Virus record (IMG/VR): IMGVR_UViG_3300028837_001486 | Span: 1 to 57,928 of that record | Length of the DNA: 57,928 bases | From: a virus | Direction: 5' to 3' (one strand) | In this document: positions 15,710-23,786 of the stretch, one piece after another | Position numbering within the stretch: position 1 is the first letter of the stretch | How the letters are laid out: every line of letters starts with the position of its first letter | Made by a program: the position numbers and the translations under genes | Notes under the pieces: model-generated | The model's database searches: none | The model's input: the letters and a program-made list of their open reading frames with translations, nothing else | What the model was told of the DNA's origin: nothing

Positions 15710-16105
15710 ATGCCCGTGAAGTCAACCAGAGAGAGGATCGCGGAGAGGTTGCGAGATGGGCCTGCGACTGTGACCCAACTGGCAGCGGTGTTAGACCTCA
15801 ACCGTGATACGGTCAGCAAGGCGCTTCGACGTTGGCCCAATGCACGGAGTAGGTGGGGCAGGGGGCGTGGTAAGATTTGGTCGTTGATCGACCCCCTGGA
15901 GAATCCCTCCCCACCCCAGGCTCGCAATCAGAAACGCAAGATACGTGGAGCGGCAAGATTCCCAGAAGCCTCTTCGCGGGTATTCTCTAGCCCTACTGTT
16001 GCTCACTTGGACATTGTCCCAGGTTGTCCAAGGTCGACCACCGCTCTCTTAAGAGAGAGCGGTGTCCGACCTAACTTGGACAAAGGCCAACCTGGTGGCG
16101 AATAG
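15710..16105 (+). CDS. Winged-helix (MarR-like) DNA-binding protein; the C-terminal part may not be coding
   Basis: RERIAERLRDGPATVTQLAAVLDLNRDTVSKALRRW resembles the wHTH at the end of gene 11511. The 3' third coincides with the TGTCC repeat cluster and a 10-bp hairpin. Confidence 0.5.
   Translation: MPVKSTRERIAERLRDGPATVTQLAAVLDLNRDTVSKALRRWPNARSRWGRGRGKIWSLIDPLENPSPPQARNQKRKIRGAARFPEASSRVFSSPTVAHLDIVPGCPRSTTALLRESGVRPNLDKGQPGGE
16040..16063 (+). promoter_or_regulatory. Perfect hairpin accgctctct-taag-agagagcggt (10-bp stem)
   Basis: Read directly from the sequence. It has no U-tract and is embedded in the TGTCC/GGACA cluster upstream of terS. Confidence 0.45.
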
Positions 16106-16165
16106 TCCAACATAGGCTATGTCCGAGGTTGTCCAGGACACTCTGTCCGAGTTTAGGAGAGTAGG

Positions 16166-16738
16166 ATGGCCCTGACCAACAAGCAGCGAGCGTTCGTTAC
16201 CCACTACGTGGGGGGGGCTAACTGGAATGCGAGCGAGGCCGCGAGACGTGCGGGCTACAAGCATCCAGGGCAGCAGGGTTACAGGCTGTTGAAAAATATT
16301 CAAGTGAAGCAGCGTATCAGGGATGTGCAAGCAGCGATGGGGGCCATAGCAGAGGCAATCCGGCAACAATGGCTTGACCTCTCACAGGTAGACATAAGTC
16401 CGTATCTAACGAGCGAAGGGCTAGACCTTGATGGGTTCATCCTTGCTGGCCTGGGCCACCACATCAAGGCGTATCGGATGACCAAGGAGGGCTTTGTCCC
16501 CATCTTCCGAGACCCCGACCTGGCCTTGACCAACCTAGCCAAGCACCTGGGCATGTTCGTAGAGCGGAAGATTCTGACAGGGGCAGACGGAGGCCCGATC
16601 GAGACGAAGGATGCTACCGAACACCTTAGCGACGCAGAAGCAGGCCGAAGACTACTGGCGCTCCTTAGGCTCGGGGCGGCGGAAGACGTGGATGGCGATC
16701 CTACTGAGGAACAGCATCTTCCAGAAGACGTATCGTGA
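16166..16738 (+). CDS. terS: Terminase small subunit (Terminase_2-like)
   Basis: LTNKQRAFVTHYVGGANWNASEAARRAGYKHPGQQGYRLLKNIQVKQRI matches the terS N-terminal HTH pattern. Confidence 0.8.
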   Translation: MALTNKQRAFVTHYVGGANWNASEAARRAGYKHPGQQGYRLLKNIQVKQRIRDVQAAMGAIAEAIRQQWLDLSQVDISPYLTSEGLDLDGFILAGLGHHIKAYRMTKEGFVPIFRDPDLALTNLAKHLGMFVERKILTGADGGPIETKDATEHLSDAEAGRRLLALLRLGAAEDVDGDPTEEQHLPEDVS

Positions 16739-18161
16739 TGACCCCGTCGCCTTCATCCATGACTGCATCGACTGGAAGAGAGGTGAGTCTCCGACGCTAT
16801 ATCAGGATGAGTGCCTCGCGGAGCTGCAGGCACACCGTCGCATCGCAGCCCGTGGGCCTCACGGGGTTGGGAAGACGGCGCCGGCAGCATGGGCAGTCCT
16901 CTGGTTCGCAACGACGCGAGAGAACGACGATTGGAAGGTGCCTACGACGGCCTCGGCGTGGCGGCAACTTAGCCACTACCTCTGGCCCGAGGTTCACAAG
17001 TGGGCGCGACGGCTACGGTGGGATCGGATAGGCCGGCCACCCTTCAGTGAGAGAACGGAGTTGCTGGGCCTGAGCCTCAAGCTGCGAGGCGGTGAGGCTT
17101 TCGCCCTGGCGAGTGACAACAGCGCCCTGATTGAGGGAGCACATGCGGAGCAGCTACTGTACGTGTTCGATGAGGCCAAGACAATCCCTTACCCAACCTG
17201 GGACAGTGCCGAGGGTGCCTTCTCCATTGGAGAGTGCTACTGGATGGCCTTCAGCACACCAGGGGAGCCACTGGGTCAGTTCTACGATATACACGCTCGC
17301 AAGCCTGGCTACGAGGACTGGTGGGCCAGGCACATCAAGAAGGAAGAGGCGATCGCTGCTGGGCGCATCAGCCGCGCCTGGGTCGAGCAACGCAAGAAGC
17401 AGTGGGGTGAAGAGAGTGCGGTCTATCAGAACAGGGTCGAGGGCGAGTTCGCCTCAAGTGCGGGTGATGGCGTGATCCCCCTGGCCTGGATCGAACAGGC
17501 GGTTACCCGATGGCACAAGTGGGTCGAGGCTGGCAAGGCAGGGCTGTTCAACGCCGTCGGCGTGGACGTGGCCAGGCAAGGAGAAGACAAGACGGTACTG
17601 GCCCTCCGGTTTGGCAACGCCATAGCGACGCTGCGAAAGTACAGCCAGCAGGACACGATGCGCACGGCTGACCAGGTGCGACGCGTGTTGGTGAAGTACC
17701 GGTCACATGATGCCATCATCGACGTGATTGGCCTCGGCGCAGGAGTGGTAGATCGACTGCGACAGCAAGGTATGAGGGTCACGGCCTTCAATGCGTCGGA
17801 GAAGTCGGAGAAGCTGGACAGCAGCGGAGAGCTTGGCTTCTCCAACAAGCGGTCAGCGGCCTGGTGGAACCTGCGAGAGATGCTGGACCCCACCAGCGAG
17901 GCACGCGTGGCCCTTCCCGACGACGACGAGCTGATCGGAGACCTCGCGGCTCCCCACTGGCGCGAGATGAGTGGCGGGCGCGTCCAGGTCGAGAGCAAGC
18001 GCGAGATCATCAAGAGGCTCGGTCGGTCCCCCGACTGCGGTGATGCAGTCGTGATGGCGTTCTACGAGCCTCCCCGGCGTGCCCCACTGCCGCAGGTGCG
18101 GGCGCGGATAGGGCGCGGCAGGTCTTCTGCGGCACGCAACTACAACCGACGACAGAGGTAG
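16692..18161 (+). CDS. terL: Terminase large subunit
   Basis: Walker A GPHGVGKT, Walker B LLYVFDEA, and a C-terminal nuclease-like GVDVARQGEDKTVLALR...DCGDAVVMA. It lies directly after terS. Confidence 0.85.
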   Translation: MAILLRNSIFQKTYRDDPVAFIHDCIDWKRGESPTLYQDECLAELQAHRRIAARGPHGVGKTAPAAWAVLWFATTRENDDWKVPTTASAWRQLSHYLWPEVHKWARRLRWDRIGRPPFSERTELLGLSLKLRGGEAFALASDNSALIEGAHAEQLLYVFDEAKTIPYPTWDSAEGAFSIGECYWMAFSTPGEPLGQFYDIHARKPGYEDWWARHIKKEEAIAAGRISRAWVEQRKKQWGEESAVYQNRVEGEFASSAGDGVIPLAWIEQAVTRWHKWVEAGKAGLFNAVGVDVARQGEDKTVLALRFGNAIATLRKYSQQDTMRTADQVRRVLVKYRSHDAIIDVIGLGAGVVDRLRQQGMRVTAFNASEKSEKLDSSGELGFSNKRSAAWWNLREMLDPTSEARVALPDDDELIGDLAAPHWREMSGGRVQVESKREIIKRLGRSPDCGDAVVMAFYEPPRRAPLPQVRARIGRGRSSAARNYNRRQR

Positions 18162-18169
18162 GAGGAGAC

Positions 18170-18634
18170 ATGGCAGAGGCAGAGACGGCTACCGTCGCAG
18201 AAGAGGAAGAGACGATTCCCCTCACAGACGATGCCATCGTAGACGAAGAGGAAGAGTTCGTGGCAGCTCCTTGGGAGGACGGCGGGGGGGCTACGGATGC
18301 TGCCGAGGTGACCAGTATGGCCGACTCTGACGTGGAGATAGCCACGCTTGAGGCCCAGGCTGACGAGGCCCTGGAGGCGTTGGAGGCAATACAGGCGGAG
18401 ATCAGGGAGCGAGTGGCCGCCGCCAAACAACGGCCGCCCCTCGCGAGTCGAGAGTATCGCCTTGAGCTGTTCGAGGAGGGCGACAATAGGGTGTTTGGCC
18501 GACAGAGGTCGCTGGCCCGGGAGGGATGGGACTTCCCTGCCATCCACGGCTTCGAGCGGCAACTGACGGGGAATCGGGGCGTTGATAGGTTCCTCATCGT
18601 CGTGGCGTCACGCGATGTGGAGGCGACGGCATGA
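18170..18634 (+). CDS. Hypothetical protein with a strongly acidic N-terminus
   Basis: ATG follows GGAGGAGAC. The first ~70 aa are rich in D and E. Confidence 0.5.
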   Translation: MAEAETATVAEEEETIPLTDDAIVDEEEEFVAAPWEDGGGATDAAEVTSMADSDVEIATLEAQADEALEALEAIQAEIRERVAAAKQRPPLASREYRLELFEEGDNRVFGRQRSLAREGWDFPAIHGFERQLTGNRGVDRFLIVVASRDVEATA

Positions 18635-18668
18635 TGGCTGAGCAAGGGGAGTGAGGAGATAAGACCCG

Positions 18669-20762
18669 ATGCCTAAAGAGGAGACCATCACGGAGCTGAC
18701 GAAGCGCCTGAAGTCAGACTGGGCTCCCCGAGACACTGTGATCCGCCAGATGCGGGAGCTCCGCTTCATGGAGACCGACCTGAACTTCCCTGATGCCGTG
18801 GAGCCAGAGGTGGTGCGGGCCCCCATCGGGCATCAGATCGTCGAGCGCATGACTGGCACGCTGACGGCAGACCCCATCACGGTGACGGTGCCTCCGGCGA
18901 GCGAGAAGACCAAGAGCAAAGAGCAGTCGTCTGTCATGGAGAAGTTCGCCCTGACTGCCCTGAACCACCTAGAGAGGCAGTCCGATACCGACGTGGCCGA
19001 CAGGTTCGTGGAGACCCTCATCGCTGATGGCCACGGCTGCATGAGGATGCTCTACGCCCCCCAGCTCAAGCGAAGACGTCCCAAGAAGCGCGAGTCGGAA
19101 TCACCAGAGACCTATGAGGGCCGCGTCGACGGCTGGCGGCGGGGCAGGATCCCGATCTCCTGGCAATGGCTCGACCCCCTCACCGTGTATCCGGTGTGGG
19201 GAGAACTCGGGCTAGAGCTAATCCTGGAGACCGACGATAGGGACGTGCTCACTCTGGATAGTCGGCGCTGGAATGTCGATAAACCCGACCTTTGGCAGTT
19301 GAGCACGCTCCATCACGGCGACACCGGGCAAGTCACCTTTCAGCAGAAGTGGACGCCGGATACCCTGACCTACGCTGTCGATGGCGAGATCGTCCACACA
19401 CAGAAGCACAGATATGGCACGGTGCCCTATGCCTACAACGTGGGCCTCGGAGCCGCATCGAAAAACCCCAAGTACATGGGCTACTCCGTGCTCTACCCCA
19501 TCCGCAGCCTGATCCCGTACCTCGACAGGCTCCTATCACAGAAGGGCACGGCGATTCGGATGTGGTGCTGGCCCACGATCGTCTTCAAGGCGGCTGTCAA
19601 GAGTGCGGGCGCAGAGCCGGAAGCGCTCATTCGCCAGATCGACGTAGACCCAGGCGGCCAGGTCGCCATCTACAGCGACGAGGACATCACCTTCCTCACC
19701 TGGAAGGGCAACGGGCCAGACCTGGACGAGCAGATCAAGCTGGTGATGAGCATGATGGAGCGCGCTGGCTTTGGCGACACCATGTACGGCCAGAGCTCGG
19801 GCGACTCCGGGTATGCCATCAGTCAGTTGGTCGCAGCCGCGCGGATGCGCTACAAGCCAATCGTCGCCCATGCCGAGCGGTCGCTCGAGCAGCAGATAGC
19901 GACGCTCTATGACATCGTGGAGTACCAGATACACCTGCCAGTCTACGTGTTCAGCTACAAGAAGAAGGGCGGGTGGGTCAAGATAACGCCGGACGATCTC
20001 CTGGGCTACAGGCAGGTCAAGGTGAAGCTCAACCCGCTCATGCCGACGGACACCTATGCTAGAAGCTCCCAGGCCTTGAACGAGAACAGAGGGGGGCTGC
20101 GGAGCACACGGAGCTCGATGGAGCTCATAGGCATAGAACAGCCTGACGAGATGATGCGGGAGATAAGGACAGATCGCTGGATGAACCGCCCGGAGATCGA
20201 CACCTACATGACCCAGCAAGCGGTCAAACGCCTGGGCCTGCAGTTGGCGAAGGGCGATATGACGATGGGAAGGCTCCAGGGTGAGTTCCCTAACCTGCCT
20301 GAGCAATTGCAGGGCGTCCTGGCCCAACAGGTGGAGGCAACAGCGCCACAAGGGTACGGCGCAGCCGACGTGGGCATGGCAGGGCCAGAGCAACAGCAAC
20401 AGCAGCCGATGCCACCTGAGGTGGCTCGGATGATCGAGACCTTGGCGGAGCACTTCGGTGTGCCTGCCCAGCAGATGCTACAGCAGCTCCTCCAGATGGC
20501 CCAGAAGATGAACATCCCTCTGCTGAGCCTGATCCAGATGCTGATGCAGCGGCACAACATCACGGCACAGCGCACCATGTCAACGCCTGGTGGCCCCGCT
20601 GGTGGGCGCGTAGGGCAGGTCTACCGGCCAGCCGGTCCGCAGGTGCAGGCACAACCAGGGATGAACGCGACGCCACCCAGACCGCACGTCGGGCCGATCA
20701 CTCGGCCTAGCGGGATTCGGCAGGGCGCGGCCCCGATGACCAAGAGAGAGAGACCACGGTGA
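18669..20762 (+). CDS. Portal protein (assigned by position and size)
   Basis: A 697-aa ORF downstream of terL with a Q/P-rich C-terminal tail. I did not verify any motif. Confidence 0.6.
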   Translation: MPKEETITELTKRLKSDWAPRDTVIRQMRELRFMETDLNFPDAVEPEVVRAPIGHQIVERMTGTLTADPITVTVPPASEKTKSKEQSSVMEKFALTALNHLERQSDTDVADRFVETLIADGHGCMRMLYAPQLKRRRPKKRESESPETYEGRVDGWRRGRIPISWQWLDPLTVYPVWGELGLELILETDDRDVLTLDSRRWNVDKPDLWQLSTLHHGDTGQVTFQQKWTPDTLTYAVDGEIVHTQKHRYGTVPYAYNVGLGAASKNPKYMGYSVLYPIRSLIPYLDRLLSQKGTAIRMWCWPTIVFKAAVKSAGAEPEALIRQIDVDPGGQVAIYSDEDITFLTWKGNGPDLDEQIKLVMSMMERAGFGDTMYGQSSGDSGYAISQLVAAARMRYKPIVAHAERSLEQQIATLYDIVEYQIHLPVYVFSYKKKGGWVKITPDDLLGYRQVKVKLNPLMPTDTYARSSQALNENRGGLRSTRSSMELIGIEQPDEMMREIRTDRWMNRPEIDTYMTQQAVKRLGLQLAKGDMTMGRLQGEFPNLPEQLQGVLAQQVEATAPQGYGAADVGMAGPEQQQQQPMPPEVARMIETLAEHFGVPAQQMLQQLLQMAQKMNIPLLSLIQMLMQRHNITAQRTMSTPGGPAGGRVGQVYRPAGPQVQAQPGMNATPPRPHVGPITRPSGIRQGAAPMTKRERPR

Positions 20763-21505
20763 CACAAACTTGCGTGATTTGTGGCGAGGAGTTTGAGACC
20801 AAGCGTAAGCCTAGTGCTTATAGGCGAAAGACTTGCTCAGAGGCTTGTTATCGTGAGCTTTCCAGTCGGGTACGAGGCGGAAGGGTTACTCTGACCTGCA
20901 AGGTGTGCGGCAACAAGTTTCGGGTTATCTCTAGTCGAGCGGAACATCATCACGCAACCTGTTCGCCTGCGTGTGCAGCCATGCTACGTGCGTCACAAAG
21001 GGTTGCGCTGACTTGTCCTATCTGTGGCAAGCAGTTTTCGGTCAAGAGATCTCAGGCCAACAAGAGGCTGACCTGCTCGCGTGTCTGCCAAGCCAAGCTG
21101 TTCCTTCGCCGGGGCCGCGTGCCGAACGCGGTTTGTGCCTTTTGTGGTAAGAGCTTTCGGGCCGTGCCGCACGAGTTAGGCAAGCGACTTACGTGCTCGA
21201 AATCTTGTTATCTTGGCTTGTTGAAACGGGAGCGCAATCTCATAAATGATAGGCACGATTGGGACAATGCTCAAGCACGGAAAGTTTGGCGTGATGCCGT
21301 TCTTCGGCGCGATGACCACGAGTGCCAGAGATGCGGGGCTACTACAGGCTTACAGGCTCACCATATCATCCCTGTGTCAGTCCGCCTCGACCTAGCGGCT
21401 GAAGTGTCAAACGGCATTACCTTGTGTCGGGCTTGTCATGCGATTGAGACCAAGATGGAGTGGATGAGTAGGCGACGCTACGGTGTAGCAATGGCGCCCG
21501 CGTGA
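20759..21505 (+). CDS. HNH endonuclease preceded by four tandem zinc-ribbon modules
   Basis: Four copies of C.(I/V/F)CG..F...(~14-17 aa)...TCS..C are followed by RRDDHECQRCG...LQAHHIIP...NGITLCRACH. Confidence 0.85.
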   Translation: MTQTCVICGEEFETKRKPSAYRRKTCSEACYRELSSRVRGGRVTLTCKVCGNKFRVISSRAEHHHATCSPACAAMLRASQRVALTCPICGKQFSVKRSQANKRLTCSRVCQAKLFLRRGRVPNAVCAFCGKSFRAVPHELGKRLTCSKSCYLGLLKRERNLINDRHDWDNAQARKVWRDAVLRRDDHECQRCGATTGLQAHHIIPVSVRLDLAAEVSNGITLCRACHAIETKMEWMSRRRYGVAMAPA

Positions 21506-21770
21506 CAGAAGGGCACCAGGGACAAGGAGAAGGTGAGGGTGGTTGCGAGCGTGGGGGATAAGGAAAGTGGAGAGACCGACCAGGGACGTAAATCGCACAG
21601 CCGGGGTAAGCTCGGAGGTTCTGTGAGTCGTGGCAAAAACCGCCTGACACATTTTTGGCCGATGAGTGGCGACCGGAAGATTGCGGGACTCGTCCCGCCC
21701 TGCGGGGGTAATCCACCTCGGGCCGCCCGTGGTGCAAAGGTCGAACCCACGCATGAAAGGAGGTAGGGGA

Positions 21771-22025
21771 GTGGGCGAGGAAGGGATGATGGGCTTCGCG
21801 ATTCCGCTGGTAGACCACGGCCAAGGGCTCTTCAGCTTGGCGGGCAGGCCAGGGCATCCGCCAAGCCGACTAATTTGGATGAAGCCCAGTCGGAAGATAG
21901 CCTTTGCTAGGTTGCACAGAAGCTTCGTGGACTCTCTTGGGCGAAAGCACCGAGTCTACATGCTGGCTGGCTTTGCTGACACGCTCTCGGAAGCCTATCC
22001 GTGGTTGGCAGGAGAGGAGGAGTGA
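21771..22025 (+). CDS. Hypothetical protein (start uncertain)
   Basis: GTG 21771 lies 7 nt after GAAAGGAGG. ATG alternatives exist at 21753 and 21786. Confidence 0.4.
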   Translation: MGEEGMMGFAIPLVDHGQGLFSLAGRPGHPPSRLIWMKPSRKIAFARLHRSFVDSLGRKHRVYMLAGFADTLSEAYPWLAGEEE

Positions 22026-22270
22026 TGGCTAGGTTCCGCAAGAAACCGGTGATCGTCGATGCGGTGCGAATCAAGCACAAGGTGACGGTTACGGTTGCGA
22101 AGGGGAACACCTGGCAGGGCAAGACCTCGGAGATCAAGCTGAGGGCGAATCCAGGCGATTGGCTCATTACGGGAGTCGCGGGTGACCGAGCGGTAGTGAC
22201 CGATGATGTATTCCGTGCCACACACGATCCAGTCAATGGCGAAGCAGAGAAGATGATGGAGGGGGAGTGA
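22025..22270 (+). CDS. Hypothetical small protein
   Basis: ATG 22025 overlaps the upstream TGA. The sequence begins MARFRKKPVIVDAVRI... Confidence 0.55.
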   Translation: MARFRKKPVIVDAVRIKHKVTVTVAKGNTWQGKTSEIKLRANPGDWLITGVAGDRAVVTDDVFRATHDPVNGEAEKMMEGE

Positions 22271-22455
22271 TGGCAAAGCAGAGATTGAGAGTTGTCTACA
22301 ACGGGCCAGAAGAGACGCCGTTCATCGACGAGGAGTTGGATAAGGCAGTCGAAGAGACACTAGCGAAGTTCGGCTATGAGCGGTGGGCGTCAGGATGCGA
22401 CATGGTGCCTCCCTTTGAGCGCGATGTCGCATTCGAGAAGGAGAGTCATGCCTAA
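22270..22455 (+). CDS. Hypothetical small protein
   Basis: TGATG overlap start. The frame is open. Confidence 0.5.
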   Translation: MAKQRLRVVYNGPEETPFIDEELDKAVEETLAKFGYERWASGCDMVPPFERDVAFEKESHA

Positions 22456-22561
22456 AGGGAAGCCGCGCACAGCAGCACAGAGGAAGACGAGGCATAAGAG
22501 GCTCTACGGAAGCAAGAGCAAGCCTCCGACGAAGAGGAAGCGGAAGAGGAGAAAGCGGTGA
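22448..22561 (+). CDS. Very basic 37-aa peptide
   Basis: MPKGKPRTAAQRKTRHKRLYGSKSKPPTKRKRKRRKR. ATG follows GAAGGAGAG. Confidence 0.35.
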   Translation: MPKGKPRTAAQRKTRHKRLYGSKSKPPTKRKRKRRKR

Positions 22562-22854
22562 TGGCAACCCTACAATGCCAGAACTGTGCGGAGTGGCGGC
22601 CTACGGGGGTTGGTGGAGGGATGTTCCCCATTCTAGGGGCCACTTTCTGGGGGCCATGTGAGCACGCAGGAAGCTCTCACTACAAGCACATCCTGGCAGC
22701 AGACCATCCCGCGTGCGAGGACTTCACGCCGAGAGTCTTGGAAGAGGAGCCGGAGGTGCCTGAGGAGGCTGAGGAGGCTGAGGAGGCTGAGGTGCCTGCG
22801 AAGCCCGAGGACACGAGCTTGCTCGACGCTTTCGATCGCTTGTGGCGGCCATAG
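22561..22854 (+). CDS. Cys-containing small protein with an acidic tail
   Basis: CQNC...C...C is followed by EEEPEVPEEAEEAEEAEV, encoded by three copies of gaggaggct. Confidence 0.5.
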   Translation: MATLQCQNCAEWRPTGVGGGMFPILGATFWGPCEHAGSSHYKHILAADHPACEDFTPRVLEEEPEVPEEAEEAEEAEVPAKPEDTSLLDAFDRLWRP

Positions 22855-22868
22855 AGGAGGAATGAGCA

Positions 22869-23012
22869 ATGCCTGTCCGTAGGTGCAAGAATGGCAAATA
22901 CCGCATCGGGTCTGGCCCGTGCATCTACAAGAGCAAGGCGTCCGCCGACAGAGCATACGGCGGGTACAGGGGCAAGAAATACGGGAAGCGCAAGAAGGGG
23001 AGGAGGCGGTGA
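22869..23012 (+). CDS. 47-aa protein with a basic tail
   Basis: MPVRRCKNGKYRIGSGPCIYKSKASADRAYGGYRGKKYGKRKKGRRR. It is below the ORF-track cutoff. Confidence 0.4.
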   Translation: MPVRRCKNGKYRIGSGPCIYKSKASADRAYGGYRGKKYGKRKKGRRR

Positions 23013-23098
23013 TGGACACCTTGGCCCTCTTCTTGGTGTGGTGCGTCGGGGCGGCTCTTTGGAACTTGGCCGGGCGTGTGTGGGCGAGGAAGCGATGA
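23012..23098 (+). CDS. 28-aa hydrophobic peptide
   Basis: MDTLALFLVWCVGAALWNLAGRVWARKR. Start and stop both overlap the neighbouring genes. Confidence 0.3.
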   Translation: MDTLALFLVWCVGAALWNLAGRVWARKR

Positions 23099-23370
23099 CA
23101 GACGCCAACCGCAAGGTGAACCTGTTTGAGGAAGACCTGGAGAGAATGGTCGGCGAGCTTGCCGAGACTCTGGAGTCCTTGCCAGAGGCCCAAACGCCTT
23201 TTGCGTCTGTACGGCTGACGCCCGCTGAGAGAAGGGAGCGCTACGCTACCATGCGGGAGGATCCCGAGGCATGGACAGAGATGCTGAAGGAACGCGGCTA
23301 TCCTGATACACTGAAATATGCAAGAACTATGGAGCGACAGTTCAGGAAGAGCGAGGGGGAGAGTGAGTGA
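23095..23370 (+). CDS. Hypothetical protein
   Basis: ATGA overlap start. The frame is open. Confidence 0.5.
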   Translation: MTDANRKVNLFEEDLERMVGELAETLESLPEAQTPFASVRLTPAERRERYATMREDPEAWTEMLKERGYPDTLKYARTMERQFRKSEGESE

Positions 23371-23786
23371 TGGAGGGATTCTCTGTGTTCCGCTCGCATA
23401 GGCAGGAGCAGCGGCTGGACCAGCCCTGGGTTCTCCTGGGGCGAGTTCCGCGCCAAGACGTATGGATTGCTATCGGCCCAACAGGGCCACATATCGTAGA
23501 CGCCGAGGACGTTGAAGATGCGCCCCATCTCTTCGTGCGTGCCAAGCAGCTTCCGCCTGGGACACGCGAGTATATGCGGCCAGTCGAGCCCACGATTGAG
23601 GTGGTGTTTGCGCCAAAGGTCCTGCCGCCATGTCCCGTGCCAGAGTTCCGTGTTCACACGACGCTGATCGAGAAAATGGTTATTGGCACCCGAGGTGGTG
23701 GCCTCTGGCATGTGTATTGCGGCTACGATACCCTGGCCCATGAGTGGGTGGTCGCTGGGGAGCCACAGGAGGTGAGTGATGTCTGA
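23370..23786 (+). CDS. Hypothetical protein
   Basis: TGATG overlap start. Confidence 0.5.
   Translation: MEGFSVFRSHRQEQRLDQPWVLLGRVPRQDVWIAIGPTGPHIVDAEDVEDAPHLFVRAKQLPPGTREYMRPVEPTIEVVFAPKVLPPCPVPEFRVHTTLIEKMVIGTRGGGLWHVYCGYDTLAHEWVVAGEPQEVSDV

Noticed and set aside
21738-21752. tRNA-like or tmRNA-like T-arm (aaggtcgaacccacg).
   Set aside because: The loop is one base short of the T-loop consensus, and no acceptor, D or anticodon arms can be built around it.
21533-21766. 77-aa Gly/Arg/Lys-rich ORF in the post-HNH gap.
   Set aside because: The RBS lies only ~3 nt from the GTG start, the composition is low-complexity, and it overlaps the next ORF's frame region. I kept it only as an alternative in the finding on this gap.
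20759-22025. IscB/HEARO-type system (HNH protein plus an adjacent structured RNA).
   Set aside because: The protein has only zinc ribbons and an HNH core. It has no RuvC segments or bridge helix, and at 248 aa it is far too small.
22741-22800. Short tandem repeat gaggaggct x3 within gene 22561-22854.
   Set aside because: It simply encodes the acidic EEAEEAEEAE tail and there is no evidence of a separate function.
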